Sequence record: PZ151149.1
From: a phage
DNA length: 64,000 nucleotides
Strand: one strand, 5' to 3'
Part shown: positions 25,191 to 35,577 of the stretch, piece by piece
Numbering within the stretch: the first letter of the stretch is position 1
How the letters are laid out: each line of letters begins with the position of its first letter
The notes under the pieces: generated by a model
What the model saw: the letters and a program-made list of their open reading frames with translations, nothing else
Database searches by the model: none
What the model was told of the DNA's origin: nothing
Position numbers and translations under genes: made by a program

Positions 25191-28100
25191 TTAAAGCGCC
25201 TAGTGTAACTAGCTTGACAATAGAAAAATTGTCTGCTAATCAGGCGTATATCACATGGGATGACGTAGGTGAAAACTTCTTTTATTTTGTGGAGTTAGCC
25301 GAAACCAGAACACGAGACGGGGAGATCATCCCCGTCGATGAGTTAAGCTGGGTAAACCTGGGATATACTGCCGAACAAAACTGGTTTGAGGATAAAAACC
25401 TTTTTCCAGAATATTATTACAAGTTTCGTGTAGCAGTAGCCGCAGAAGGATTTGAACAAAGTAAATGGGTTGAGACAGAAGAGTTTCAGACATTTAAAAC
25501 AAACGCATATAATTTTTCTATGATGCGAGAGTTCAACCTTGCAAACGAGTTTATAAAGGAAAAATTTACATACGATAATCGAGAGTATGTCAAGTTTAAT
25601 ACCGACCTTATTCAAGCATCATTGATGAAGGAAGATTTTGTCTTTAGTCCTGAATATGCAAACATGACAAATATCTCAAACTACATTGTAGTTGATGAGA
25701 ACTTTCATGAAATACAGGACCACATAGAAAAAGTTTGTACCGATATAAACCGCACCATGTTAGCGGAAATGAACGGTGTTTTGTACCTTTTCGAAAGGTT
25801 TCAGCCGATCGTGAAAGTATCAAACGATAAAGGTCAATCATGGAAAGCATACAAGGCTTTTAATGACCGTGTAGGCAATCCGGTTTCCAGTACATGCGTT
25901 TATCAGTCTAAGACTACTACTTACGTTTTAGGTTATGACCGAATCTTTTACGGACGACAAGCGAGCGATACCCGATGGAGTGCGGACGATGTTCGATTTA
26001 GTGATGATACGATCACTTTTGCAAAGGTTGGTGACGAAAACGACTTAGGGTTTGATGTTGAGGTCTTTGGTGTATTTTCCAGATTAACAGGTGATACCAC
26101 AAAATACGCCGAAGCTATGGCGTGTAGTGACGATTATTTGTGGGTTGGTGCTAAAGATGTTATTCGCCGGATTCGTCTTAAGAATACTCCTGTTGATACC
26201 GTACAGGGTTCGCCTACGTTTGGAGAAAAAATATTCGATCCTGATGTTATCCGAGTAACAGGAAATGATAAAGCTGTCATTCAGAAAATGGATGTGATCG
26301 ACGGTAAATTGCTTGTATTTGTTACTGGTGAAGTTAAACAGCGTTATCAAGATCCAACTAAACCAGAAAACGTTGTTCCGTCAGATGATGCGGGTGTATA
26401 CTTAATCGAGAGTGATGGTCTGTCTTTTCAGAGAGTATTTGGCAACACTCCGCAGGAAAGGGAATATATTCAGCATGGGTTCAGTAATATGTCAACCAAT
26501 GGTGATGAGGTGTTCATAAGCCATTATAATCATCACTTCGAAAGCATTTTACCTGATCCAGAAACTGCCGCGAAATATGAATTAAGCGAAGCTGTAAAAT
26601 ATTCTCAGGAGCCAACTTATCTAACTGATAAGAAAATACATCAAACTACTTTCAGGGCAAGTTATGATGATTTGCGTATCTGGGAGTTAGGACCGCAAGC
26701 GTATTATAATGAGGCCGATTATACATGGATGCGTCGAAACGGTGTCCGTGTGTGGATCACAAATGATAATCGCCCGTTGGTTGTTTATCCAGAGGTTATC
26801 TATACTCAAGAAGTTGATACGTCTGGCATTCTTGACCAAAATAGGGTTAACCGAGAAGTTTATGATAAAGGGACCGTGACCTGTTATCTGAACAATGTTA
26901 AATTTGAAGGATTCAAACAATATGCATCCGGCGTAATGTTCCATAAAAACACGGGAGAGATCATAGGATTCTATCAATTTAATTACCGTGTTCGTGATCA
27001 AGTTGGTGTATATTGGAAGCCAACAAATGTAGCATTTGTTGCAGAACTGCAAAATCAGGTTCGGGAGGTTCCCTGGGTTCCGGTTCACTACGATCAAGAG
27101 CAAGTTCCAGATTTACGGCCTTTATTGAATAAAATGACGCCGGACAGCTTTTTGCTTGAAAATGAAAATTTCAGAAAATTCTCTGAATATTATCTGCAAT
27201 TCTTAAGTGATGGTTCAGGAACATATTATAATAAACTAAAAAATCTGATTAAAAACAAATACCCACGCGAGCAAGATGCATATGAGTATCTTTGGTCAGA
27301 GATGAACAAACGAAACATCTATGCAGATAAAAACAAGCGAGATGCGGTAGTAAGATTCTTTGAATCCCGCAAATCAGATTTTTATTCCACTAAGGGCGTG
27401 GAGGCTTCTTATAAGTTCTTGTTTAAGTTACTTTATAATGAAGATGTGGAAATTGAGGTTGAATCACAAGCCGGACTAGAGTATGATATTGTTGTTAGTT
27501 CAACGAACATTGACGAGGATATCGTAGGTCGCACTATTTATACTCCAACCGGACGGGCTAACGTGACGTATCTTGAAAGGGAATATGAAGGTGGTCGCCT
27601 ACGCTGGCGAGTAACCATTCATAACCTGATCGGGCGGTTTGAAGAAGGTCAAGTGATCAAATCAGAGAAAACAGCGTTTGAGGGGATGATCCTTGTTGGT
27701 GTACGTGGTAAAGAGTTGTTGAGTAGTTCAATCGACTATATCAACCGCTCACGAAGCCAATACACCATGAAGATTAAAAGTGCATTGCCAGTTTCTCGCT
27801 ATGCAAATGATGTAATGCGATTCGTTCATCCTGTCGGCTTTGGGTTTATCGGTGTTACCCTGCTTACGATGTTCATTAACAGCGGGTTAAGCATGAAACA
27901 CACAGAGACGATAATTCAATCTCTAAAAAATTATAAGTTTGACAGCGGATTGCCTAGCGTGTATCCTGATCGGGTGGCAGACCTTGACGTTGACGGAAAC
28001 ATTAAGAAAGACCCGCTTACCGGAAAAGCATTATATTTGACTTCACCTTTAATTGGTGAAGAATTTCCGGTTCCCCCTGAATATGATCAGGAGAACAGCG

Positions 28101-28273
28101 AATTGTTCCACGGACTTAAAGCAAGCGAACGAAGATTTGCAATGAGTCCACTGTTTGACCAGTCGGCGGTAACATTCTCTATGTTCCGTGAACTTGTAGA
28201 TAAACGGTTGAAGGATAATATAGGGAATCCACGCGATCCGAAGAATCCGACACAGAGGAAAATTAATGGCTAA
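25187..28273 (+). CDS. 7: baseplate wedge subunit gp7
   Basis: 1028 aa, position and size as T4 gp7. Confidence 0.85.
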   Translation: MIKAPSVTSLTIEKLSANQAYITWDDVGENFFYFVELAETRTRDGEIIPVDELSWVNLGYTAEQNWFEDKNLFPEYYYKFRVAVAAEGFEQSKWVETEEFQTFKTNAYNFSMMREFNLANEFIKEKFTYDNREYVKFNTDLIQASLMKEDFVFSPEYANMTNISNYIVVDENFHEIQDHIEKVCTDINRTMLAEMNGVLYLFERFQPIVKVSNDKGQSWKAYKAFNDRVGNPVSSTCVYQSKTTTYVLGYDRIFYGRQASDTRWSADDVRFSDDTITFAKVGDENDLGFDVEVFGVFSRLTGDTTKYAEAMACSDDYLWVGAKDVIRRIRLKNTPVDTVQGSPTFGEKIFDPDVIRVTGNDKAVIQKMDVIDGKLLVFVTGEVKQRYQDPTKPENVVPSDDAGVYLIESDGLSFQRVFGNTPQEREYIQHGFSNMSTNGDEVFISHYNHHFESILPDPETAAKYELSEAVKYSQEPTYLTDKKIHQTTFRASYDDLRIWELGPQAYYNEADYTWMRRNGVRVWITNDNRPLVVYPEVIYTQEVDTSGILDQNRVNREVYDKGTVTCYLNNVKFEGFKQYASGVMFHKNTGEIIGFYQFNYRVRDQVGVYWKPTNVAFVAELQNQVREVPWVPVHYDQEQVPDLRPLLNKMTPDSFLLENENFRKFSEYYLQFLSDGSGTYYNKLKNLIKNKYPREQDAYEYLWSEMNKRNIYADKNKRDAVVRFFESRKSDFYSTKGVEASYKFLFKLLYNEDVEIEVESQAGLEYDIVVSSTNIDEDIVGRTIYTPTGRANVTYLEREYEGGRLRWRVTIHNLIGRFEEGQVIKSEKTAFEGMILVGVRGKELLSSSIDYINRSRSQYTMKIKSALPVSRYANDVMRFVHPVGFGFIGVTLLTMFINSGLSMKHTETIIQSLKNYKFDSGLPSVYPDRVADLDVDGNIKKDPLTGKALYLTSPLIGEEFPVPPEYDQENSELFHGLKASERRFAMSPLFDQSAVTFSMFRELVDKRLKDNIGNPRDPKNPTQRKING

Positions 28274-29261
28274 TGAAAATAGTGTGATCTATCGCTCAAT
28301 CATTACTAGTAAATTCAGAACGGAAAAACTTCTGAATTTCTATAATTCTGTAGGCGATGGAGCAAATCAAATTACAATTTATGGAACGTTTGGACGTTCG
28401 GAGCCGTGGTCAGAAAACGAAAAAGAGGTGGGCTTTGCCCCACCTTATCCGACCGATTCAACGGCTGGCGTTGTTGATATGTGGACCCATATGATGGGTG
28501 CGGTTAAGATTAACAAATCACTTCTTGATGCGGTCATCCCCCGTAAAGATTGGGGTGATACCGGACAGGATAACCCGCGCACGTTCTTTATCAATGACAT
28601 TGTTGTTGTAAACTCAGCACCATATAACCGTACAGATGTTGGTAGCGGCTGGATGGTGTATCGCGTAACCGATGTTCCTGATCGCGGTTACTGCTCGATT
28701 TCAAGCATTGATGCTAAAGTAGAGTGTTTGAAGTTGGGCGGAAAGTGGACCCCAACTCATGAATCAATTGCGCCACCTGTAGGAAAGGGCGATTCTATTG
28801 ATATGGGTGATGGGTATCGTTGGGAATATCTGTACACAATTCCACCTGATGCGGCGATCAACCGTTGCACCAATGAACATATTGTTGTACCGTTCCCCGA
28901 TGAACTGCGACAAGATCCGGCGCGTTGGGGCTATGACAATGTGATCACCTGGTATAATGACTATAATCTGCTTTATCGGCTGAAAGTAGTAACTTTGCGT
29001 TTTCAGGCTTATATGGACTCTGCGCAATTCCCAACTACCGCGTTAGTGGGTAATACTGGTTTCCGTCAGTTAAGCATTATCCTTAACCCATTGGAAAAGA
29101 AAGCACGCCCTAGCGATCCAGACGTTAAAGCGGTTAACGATAAGTACCGACCGCAAGACTTAGAGCCACACTCAGGAGAAATGATCTACATGGAAAACCG
29201 ACAACCTATCGTTCGTTCACTGGATCAAACAGAACTTGTTTCTGTATTATTTGAGTTCTAA
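28266..29261 (+). CDS. 8: baseplate wedge subunit gp8
   Basis: 331 aa, position and size as T4 gp8. Confidence 0.8.
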   Translation: MANENSVIYRSIITSKFRTEKLLNFYNSVGDGANQITIYGTFGRSEPWSENEKEVGFAPPYPTDSTAGVVDMWTHMMGAVKINKSLLDAVIPRKDWGDTGQDNPRTFFINDIVVVNSAPYNRTDVGSGWMVYRVTDVPDRGYCSISSIDAKVECLKLGGKWTPTHESIAPPVGKGDSIDMGDGYRWEYLYTIPPDAAINRCTNEHIVVPFPDELRQDPARWGYDNVITWYNDYNLLYRLKVVTLRFQAYMDSAQFPTTALVGNTGFRQLSIILNPLEKKARPSDPDVKAVNDKYRPQDLEPHSGEMIYMENRQPIVRSLDQTELVSVLFEF

Positions 29262-29276
29262 GTATATGATTTTAAA

Positions 29277-29300
29277 GCCAATTCGTGAGAATTGGCTTTT
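29277..29300 (+). terminator. intrinsic terminator after gene 8
   Basis: GCCAATTC-GTGA-GAATTGGC hairpin followed by TTTTTCTATTTT. Confidence 0.55.
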
Positions 29301-29313
29301 TCTATTTTGGGTG

Positions 29314-29342
29314 TTGACAATCTTGTCTGGTGAGGTATAATG
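29314..29342 (+). promoter_or_regulatory. consensus sigma70 promoter (TTGACA-17-TATAAT)
   Basis: TTGACA at 29314..29319, TATAAT at 29337..29342, exact 17-nt spacer. Confidence 0.65.
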
Positions 29343-29370
29343 CTCACATCTAAACAACGGAGGATAAATT

Positions 29371-29628
29371 ATGGCACGTCGTAAATTTACAGATAATTGT
29401 GAAGCAATTCAGGTATCCCCTTGCGGTTGGGATGTGATTGCGAACGGTGAAAAGATCGGAGAGATCATCGATCATACTCATTCATCATTAGCTGATTACA
29501 CCGATGAACTGTGGGAAGGTATCAACTTCATGAATGACACTAAGCGATTCAAGACTATTGACGAAGCTATCTATTTTGTATACAATCCAACTTTCGGTAT
29601 GTGGAGTGATAGAAAATGGCACGCGTAA
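29371..29628 (+). CDS. hypothetical protein (first gene of inserted cassette)
   Basis: 85 aa ORF with ACGGAGGA RBS. Confidence 0.6.
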   Translation: MARRKFTDNCEAIQVSPCGWDVIANGEKIGEIIDHTHSSLADYTDELWEGINFMNDTKRFKTIDEAIYFVYNPTFGMWSDRKWHA

Positions 29629-29948
29629 ATATTAAATTGCATTACACAATGAATAAAGCTAAGTTCCCAATGCAAAAGCATTACTATGGTCTACGTGCAC
29701 AAGATCCTAAACTCTATGGTACTCATTGGTTTTGTAAACATGATAACCAATGGCACACATACGAAGAAATGCACGAGATGATGAAACAGGGTATTGAATT
29801 TAGTTATTCTAATTATGACCATCGTATAACTTGCATTCGAAAATTGAAACGATGGATTCGTAAGAATCCGCAATTTAAAAACTATGTGTTCTTTATGTCT
29901 CATACTTATCTGGGGCATAGCGTTACCGTAACAGCAAAGGTTAAATAA
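29616..29948 (+). CDS. hypothetical protein (Cys/His-containing)
   Basis: 110 aa ORF, overlaps neighbours at both ends. Confidence 0.6.
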   Translation: MARVNIKLHYTMNKAKFPMQKHYYGLRAQDPKLYGTHWFCKHDNQWHTYEEMHEMMKQGIEFSYSNYDHRITCIRKLKRWIRKNPQFKNYVFFMSHTYLGHSVTVTAKVK

Positions 29949-30787
29949 TGGCACGACTTTCTAAACAAGAACAAAAATTACACGACCGAGCAATGGAGTT
30001 GATTAATTCAGATCGTCCATTGACATTTGAAGAAAAAGAATTTTGCTATAATAACTATCATGGCGATGGGCTAGGTGGTTCCGGTGCATTCTTTACCCCA
30101 GAATGGCTTGCCTGGGATTTTACCATTGACGCACACTGCACAGGAAAAGTATTGGACCTTTGTGCTGGGATCGGTCGTTTATCTTTTTGTATGTTGCATC
30201 GTTGTAAGCCAGAAAAGATCGTATGCGTCGAACTCAATCCAGAATTTGCGCGGATTGGCAAGCGACTATTACCGGAGGCAGAATGGATCACCAGCGATGT
30301 ATTCGAATTTGAGTCAAACGAGAAATTCGATGTTGTAATTAGCAATCCACCTTTCGGGAAAATCAATACTACCAACACAAAGGATGTATTTGAATATACT
30401 GGCGGTGAGTTTGAATTTAAGGTTATGACGTTAGGCCAGAAGTTTGCCGATGTAGGTTACTTTATTGTTCCTTCTAGTTCCGCTGGTTTTGCCTATTCCG
30501 GCAGACCTTATTATGATGAATCAGTGAAGTCTAATAAATATCTAAAATGGAGCAAACAAACTGGTTTGGTGACTTATGCCGGATGTGGGATCGATACATC
30601 AGTCTATCGCGATGAATGGCATAATACCAACGTTTTAACAGAAGTGGTTGAGGTTCGGTATTACGAGAAAGAAGCCGTAGAAGCGCCTAAATCGCGTCCT
30701 AACGAACAAATAGAAGAAAGTAAGGAGATTACCTTACCGAAACAGGAAAGCGAGTCTGGGACGCTCTCAGATTTGTTTGACATTTAA
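29948..30787 (+). CDS. SAM-dependent N6-adenine DNA methyltransferase
   Basis: Motif I VLDLCAGIGRLS and motif IV ISNPPFGK. Confidence 0.75.
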   Translation: MARLSKQEQKLHDRAMELINSDRPLTFEEKEFCYNNYHGDGLGGSGAFFTPEWLAWDFTIDAHCTGKVLDLCAGIGRLSFCMLHRCKPEKIVCVELNPEFARIGKRLLPEAEWITSDVFEFESNEKFDVVISNPPFGKINTTNTKDVFEYTGGEFEFKVMTLGQKFADVGYFIVPSSSAGFAYSGRPYYDESVKSNKYLKWSKQTGLVTYAGCGIDTSVYRDEWHNTNVLTEVVEVRYYEKEAVEAPKSRPNEQIEESKEITLPKQESESGTLSDLFDI

Positions 30788-30791
30788 TTAT

Positions 30792-30817
30792 AAGCCGTCC
30801 TTGTGGGCGGCTTTTTT
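30792..30817 (+). terminator. intrinsic terminator
   Basis: AGCCGTCC-TTGT-GGGCGGCT hairpin plus T6. Confidence 0.55.
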
Positions 30818-30827
30818 GTATGTATTT

Positions 30828-30835
30828 TATAAATA
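30828..30835 (+). promoter_or_regulatory. T4-type late promoter (TATAAATA)
   Basis: TATAAATA about 27 nt upstream of gene 9 ATG. Confidence 0.55.
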
Positions 30836-30862
30836 ATACATCATAACATGAGGAATTAAACA

Positions 30863-31717
30863 ATGGCACAAGTTCCAAAGAAAAGAATAGACACAGGTAC
30901 GGTCGGCAATCCATCGACTGGCGATATCTTATATGATGGCGGTAATAAAATTAACGATAACTTTGATTCAATATATGACGCATTTGCTGATCAACGGTTT
31001 AAAGACGTAGACCACGGCGTAGGAAGAATGGTTATTCATGCAACCGGATACTATCAGAAGCATCCACGTCAAAGCTACTCGGGTTCCGCTGTTGAGATTG
31101 GGAGTCTACACGATATCGATACAACTCAAGGCGCACTTATTGCTATTCTACCTAAAGCAAAGGTCGGAGAGGGTGTTGTATTCATAAATAGTAACGGTAG
31201 CCTTTCAACGACGACACCGCTCAATATTCGAACTCAAGCAGGTGATTCTATTAGCGGTTATTCCGGTGATGCTACAATAACACAACCATTTTCAAAAGTC
31301 ACTGTTTGGTGTACTGCCGTTGAAGGTAGTCGCGTAACATGGCGATTGGGTATCGAAAGTATGTTTACCGATACAACAACGCCAGTAGATAAAACTGTTA
31401 ACGTAACTGGAGTAGCAACAAACGTTGCTATTGCCGCAAAAACAGAATATGTTTCCATCAAATTATTAACTACCGCTAGCAATACATCCGGTTCAAAAAT
31501 GCGTTCAAGTGAAACGCTACTGATGATTGATTCTAAAGCCGGAAAAGTTTATGCGACGGAATATGCAGTTTTGCAGAAGACAGAAGATGAACTATACACG
31601 GTTCGTTATTTCATCGGTTCCGGCGATAAAGTATATGCAGAGTATAAGGCTACTGGCGAAAATATTCGTTTAGCAGTTAAAGCCGTAGACACTATTAAAA
31701 TCGGGGTTGCTACATGA
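30863..31717 (+). CDS. 9: baseplate wedge / long tail fiber socket gp9
   Basis: N-terminus KKRIDTGTVGNPSTGDILYDGGNKINDNFD matches recalled T4 gp9. Confidence 0.9.
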   Translation: MAQVPKKRIDTGTVGNPSTGDILYDGGNKINDNFDSIYDAFADQRFKDVDHGVGRMVIHATGYYQKHPRQSYSGSAVEIGSLHDIDTTQGALIAILPKAKVGEGVVFINSNGSLSTTTPLNIRTQAGDSISGYSGDATITQPFSKVTVWCTAVEGSRVTWRLGIESMFTDTTTPVDKTVNVTGVATNVAIAAKTEYVSIKLLTTASNTSGSKMRSSETLLMIDSKAGKVYATEYAVLQKTEDELYTVRYFIGSGDKVYAEYKATGENIRLAVKAVDTIKIGVAT

Positions 31718-33516
31718 AACAATTAATTAATATCGGTAACGTTGTTGATGACGGTACAGGTGATTATCTAAGAAAAGGCGGTCAAAAGATTAATGACAAC
31801 TTTTCTGAACTTTATACTAAGCTGGGGGATGGTGATATCCCTCACGCATCCGGTGCATGGAAAACGCACACAGATCCATTATTAAAGCCTAATTTTGGTG
31901 ATGCGTGGGCGATTAATACAACGAACAACGCTGTTTCTGTTGAATTGCCTAAAGGAAGCGCGAGTGATTACAATAAAACAATTAAACTTCGTGATGTTTG
32001 GCGCTCATGGGCTGCACATAACGTAACATTGAAGCCAGCACAAGGTGATACCATTAAGGGATCTCCAATCGACCGTGAGTTGTATAAAGATTTTATGGAT
32101 GTTGAACTGGTTTATTGTGCGCCTGGACGTTGGGAATATATCGAAAACAAGCGAGTTGACACGATCACCACGTCTGACCTAAGCACAGTTGCTAAGGAAG
32201 TTTATATTGCAACCGAAGGACAAACAGACTTCCCTAATGTATTTGGTTCTAACACATATAACATTCGAAATGTTGAAGTATATTATCGAGGAAACCTTTT
32301 ATATTATGGCAAGTCTTTTAGTGATGACTCTAACTACGGTTCAATTGGCGAGGATGGATCACTTGTTGAACTTGATGGCAAAAGTATAAAACTTCGTTTT
32401 CCTTGTTCGGCTGGGGATACCGTTCAAATCATCACATATATGGATGGAATTGCGTCTTTCCGTTCTAGTTATATCACACACACAATTAGAGTGTATGATA
32501 CCGGAATGACAGCACTAGAAACTATTCCGGGTGAAGTGTGGGTAGGTGATTTATCGACGAAAAAAGAATTTACCAATGCTGATTTGGGAGTTAGTAAACG
32601 TGATATAATTAACCCAAATTCATTTGAGTTATTAATAAATGGTACTCAAATGATTAAAGCTGGTGATGCTGATCTTCCTTCGTTTGTTTGTGAAGGTGCT
32701 GACGGAGAAACCGAAGAGAGTTGCGCACTTGCTGGCGGTCAGTGGGTACAGTCTGGAGAAGATTATTCACTGGTATTTGATGAGAATAGCATTGTAACAG
32801 GGATTAAATTAGCTAAAGCGTTGGACAATAGAGATACTATAACAATTCGTTGGTTTAATAACGATATCGGAACTCTATTAGAATGGGATGGTGTCGGCGG
32901 AATTAAAGAAAAAGCAGACAAGATTTATCTCAATAACGAAGACGAAGTTAATTTAACAAAACAAATTGAATATACCGACTTCCAGAATCCTAGCCAGAAA
33001 AACACTCGTCCGGCAGAAGAGTATTCAGGTCGAATTATGGATATATATGCACTGTTTGATATTTTCCATCCAATCGGCACGATATACGAAAACGCACATA
33101 ACCCAGCTAACCCAGCGACATATATGGGTATTGGTATCTGGGTTCGGTATGCGGAAGGAGAATTTCTTGCTGGTTGGTCTTCCGATGCCAGCGACCAGAA
33201 TTTTGCATTAAACAATAACGATCTTGATATTCATGGACAACCTACACACACCGCTGGTGGTACTGGTGGTGAAGTTGCCTATCAAATCAAGAAAGATATG
33301 ATTCCTGAATTACAATCCAGCGATCGTGTTTTGGTGAAAGACGATACAGGGTCAATTATCATTGGTGGCTGTCAAGTTGATCCTGATGCGGCAGGTCCAG
33401 CGTTTACGAAATATAGAGAGGATATCGTAAAAGTTAATTCTGGAAATGCTGATCCATCAATGATGGGTATTCTTCCTCCATATCGCACCGTTCATCGCTG
33501 GTTAAGGGTAGGTTAA
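31714..33516 (+). CDS. 10: baseplate wedge subunit and tail pin gp10
   Basis: N-terminus MKQLINIGNVVDDGTGDYLRKGG matches recalled T4 gp10. Confidence 0.9.
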   Translation: MKQLINIGNVVDDGTGDYLRKGGQKINDNFSELYTKLGDGDIPHASGAWKTHTDPLLKPNFGDAWAINTTNNAVSVELPKGSASDYNKTIKLRDVWRSWAAHNVTLKPAQGDTIKGSPIDRELYKDFMDVELVYCAPGRWEYIENKRVDTITTSDLSTVAKEVYIATEGQTDFPNVFGSNTYNIRNVEVYYRGNLLYYGKSFSDDSNYGSIGEDGSLVELDGKSIKLRFPCSAGDTVQIITYMDGIASFRSSYITHTIRVYDTGMTALETIPGEVWVGDLSTKKEFTNADLGVSKRDIINPNSFELLINGTQMIKAGDADLPSFVCEGADGETEESCALAGGQWVQSGEDYSLVFDENSIVTGIKLAKALDNRDTITIRWFNNDIGTLLEWDGVGGIKEKADKIYLNNEDEVNLTKQIEYTDFQNPSQKNTRPAEEYSGRIMDIYALFDIFHPIGTIYENAHNPANPATYMGIGIWVRYAEGEFLAGWSSDASDQNFALNNNDLDIHGQPTHTAGGTGGEVAYQIKKDMIPELQSSDRVLVKDDTGSIIIGGCQVDPDAAGPAFTKYREDIVKVNSGNADPSMMGILPPYRTVHRWLRVG

Positions 33517-33517
33517 T

Positions 33518-34162
33518 ATGATTTCTAAAACACGTTCTAAAGCAAGCGTATTTTCTAGCGACGCAGCATTCATTTCATACGATCCGGGGTCTAAAGACCC
33601 CGTTATTGGCGACATTCGCCCAATTGGTGGATTAAACGTAGACCAATCTCGCAAAGGTTCTTTTATTAACAACGTACAATCAGCCATTGATGATTTGTAT
33701 AGCATTTCTATGCTTAATGTCGGTGATGTATTGGTAACTACAAATTCAACTCCACCGGAAGCGGCGGGACAAATAGAAACTCTTTCTTTCACTGGAACGG
33801 TAACAAATAAACACGATCCAGCCGCGACAAAAGTTGTAATTGAAGTTTTGGGTTATCCATTTGTTGTTAATGTTGGAACATCGAATGTTGCATTATGCGA
33901 AATGGTCACAACAAAATTTACTGAATTGAAAGACAAAAGTATTCTGTTCTCTAAAGTTGAGAGGAAAGGTACTGGCAACGATCAAATAGAGATTCAGTAT
34001 ATTGATTCAAACGCACACGAAGCAACGGTCGTAGAAAAATATGGTATTAGCGTTCGTGGGGAAATAAATTCCCCTGCTCGTTATGGTTATGGTGCATGGT
34101 CCAGATTGGGAACGGAAGAAAAATTTGATTCAACACTATTTTATTTTAAGCGTATTGCGTAA
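33518..34162 (+). CDS. 11: baseplate wedge subunit and tail pin gp11
   Basis: 214 aa; C-terminal region resembles recalled T4 gp11. Confidence 0.88.
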   Translation: MISKTRSKASVFSSDAAFISYDPGSKDPVIGDIRPIGGLNVDQSRKGSFINNVQSAIDDLYSISMLNVGDVLVTTNSTPPEAAGQIETLSFTGTVTNKHDPAATKVVIEVLGYPFVVNVGTSNVALCEMVTTKFTELKDKSILFSKVERKGTGNDQIEIQYIDSNAHEATVVEKYGISVRGEINSPARYGYGAWSRLGTEEKFDSTLFYFKRIA

Positions 34163-34173
34163 GGTGTAAAATT

Positions 34174-35577
34174 ATGAATAACACTATTAATCACGTAAAA
34201 GACGATGCACAGTATGTTAAGTTTGACCCTACCGGAAATTGGCCTAGCAATATAAAAAACGTACAAGCGGCATTAGCCGCTATTCAGGGATTTGCTATTG
34301 CAGGTCTTCCAACGGCAACCGAAGAAACAGCGGGTATTGCTGAAATTGCTACTCAACAAGAAGTAGATGATGGGTTGGATGGAACTAAAATTGTTACCCC
34401 CAAAACATTGGCTGTTAAGCTGTCAAGACCGGACGCAACAAAACTTGCCAAAGGGATCACTCGCTATGCTAATAACGATGAAGCTATGGGCGATACTCCA
34501 AATATTGCAATTGGTCCTGATACATTAACCCATGTATTCGAGAATAAGAAAGCAACGGAAACCGTACAGGGTACAATTAAAATCTGTTCTATGGATGCTG
34601 CAAAAATTGGTAGTGATGACACTATGGCAGTAACGCCTAAAAAGATGCACGCTGCTATTGCTCAGATTGTTCCTGGGTTGATTCCAGAACAAAACACGGC
34701 GACCGAGTCCCGTGAGGGTTTAGTTAGACTGGCGACAAGCCAACAAACGCTTGCTGGTACTATCAGAGAAGGATTTGCCGTTAGTCCATATGCATTTTCC
34801 AACGCAAGAGCCAATGAAAATCAGGCGGGTACGGTTAAAATTGCCTCATCCCAACAAATGATTGACGGTAATGACAACACAGTAGTAGTATCAGCACAAA
34901 AATTTGCGAACACTAAAGCAACCACTGGACAATTCGGTGTTGTTAAGCTAACAGATAACCCAGGATCAGGCGAGGCAAACGCAGCACTGTCGGCAAATGC
35001 TCGTGTATTGCCTCTAAGTGGTGGTGTCGTTACTGGCGATGTGTATCGTCATAGTGGAGGCGACGGAAACCAGTTTATCATTAAAAATGAACTGGATGGT
35101 CTTTGTATGCCTATTGGTGGCATCATTCTTACAGCATTTAACAGTTTCGACCACGCACAATTCAAAATCTGCAACGGTCAATGGTTAAATAAACACCAAT
35201 ATCCAGTATTATTTTCACGAATCGGTTTCACTTACGGCGGAGATGGCGGAGACAACTTTGCTCTACCAGATATGCGAGGGCTTGTTGCTAGAGGATGCGA
35301 CCACGGTCGAGGACTAGACCCAGGTCGCGGATTTGGTACTTATCAAGACGACACCATGCAACATATGACAGGTAACTTCCCTGTAGCTAACCGTTGGCGC
35401 GGTTGGACTGGTGGTGTATTTGCCATCACAGGCGGTCAATGGAGCACGAACTATAAAAACGGTGGTGGTGATGATTGGGGTAGTATTGTTAACTTTGACA
35501 GCGCAAGACAGGTTAGAACGTCTGGCGAAACTCGCGTTAAAAGCCTTGCATTAAACTACATGATAAGGGTACAATAA
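34174..35577 (+). CDS. 12: short tail fiber gp12
   Basis: 467 aa, position between 11 and wac. Confidence 0.85.
   Translation: MNNTINHVKDDAQYVKFDPTGNWPSNIKNVQAALAAIQGFAIAGLPTATEETAGIAEIATQQEVDDGLDGTKIVTPKTLAVKLSRPDATKLAKGITRYANNDEAMGDTPNIAIGPDTLTHVFENKKATETVQGTIKICSMDAAKIGSDDTMAVTPKKMHAAIAQIVPGLIPEQNTATESREGLVRLATSQQTLAGTIREGFAVSPYAFSNARANENQAGTVKIASSQQMIDGNDNTVVVSAQKFANTKATTGQFGVVKLTDNPGSGEANAALSANARVLPLSGGVVTGDVYRHSGGDGNQFIIKNELDGLCMPIGGIILTAFNSFDHAQFKICNGQWLNKHQYPVLFSRIGFTYGGDGGDNFALPDMRGLVARGCDHGRGLDPGRGFGTYQDDTMQHMTGNFPVANRWRGWTGGVFAITGGQWSTNYKNGGGDDWGSIVNFDSARQVRTSGETRVKSLALNYMIRVQ

Noticed and set aside
29371-29956. Three consecutive cassette genes all beginning Met-Ala-Arg
   Set aside because: Noted as a curiosity; most likely coincidence of ATGGCACG start contexts rather than duplication, since the downstream sequences are unrelated.
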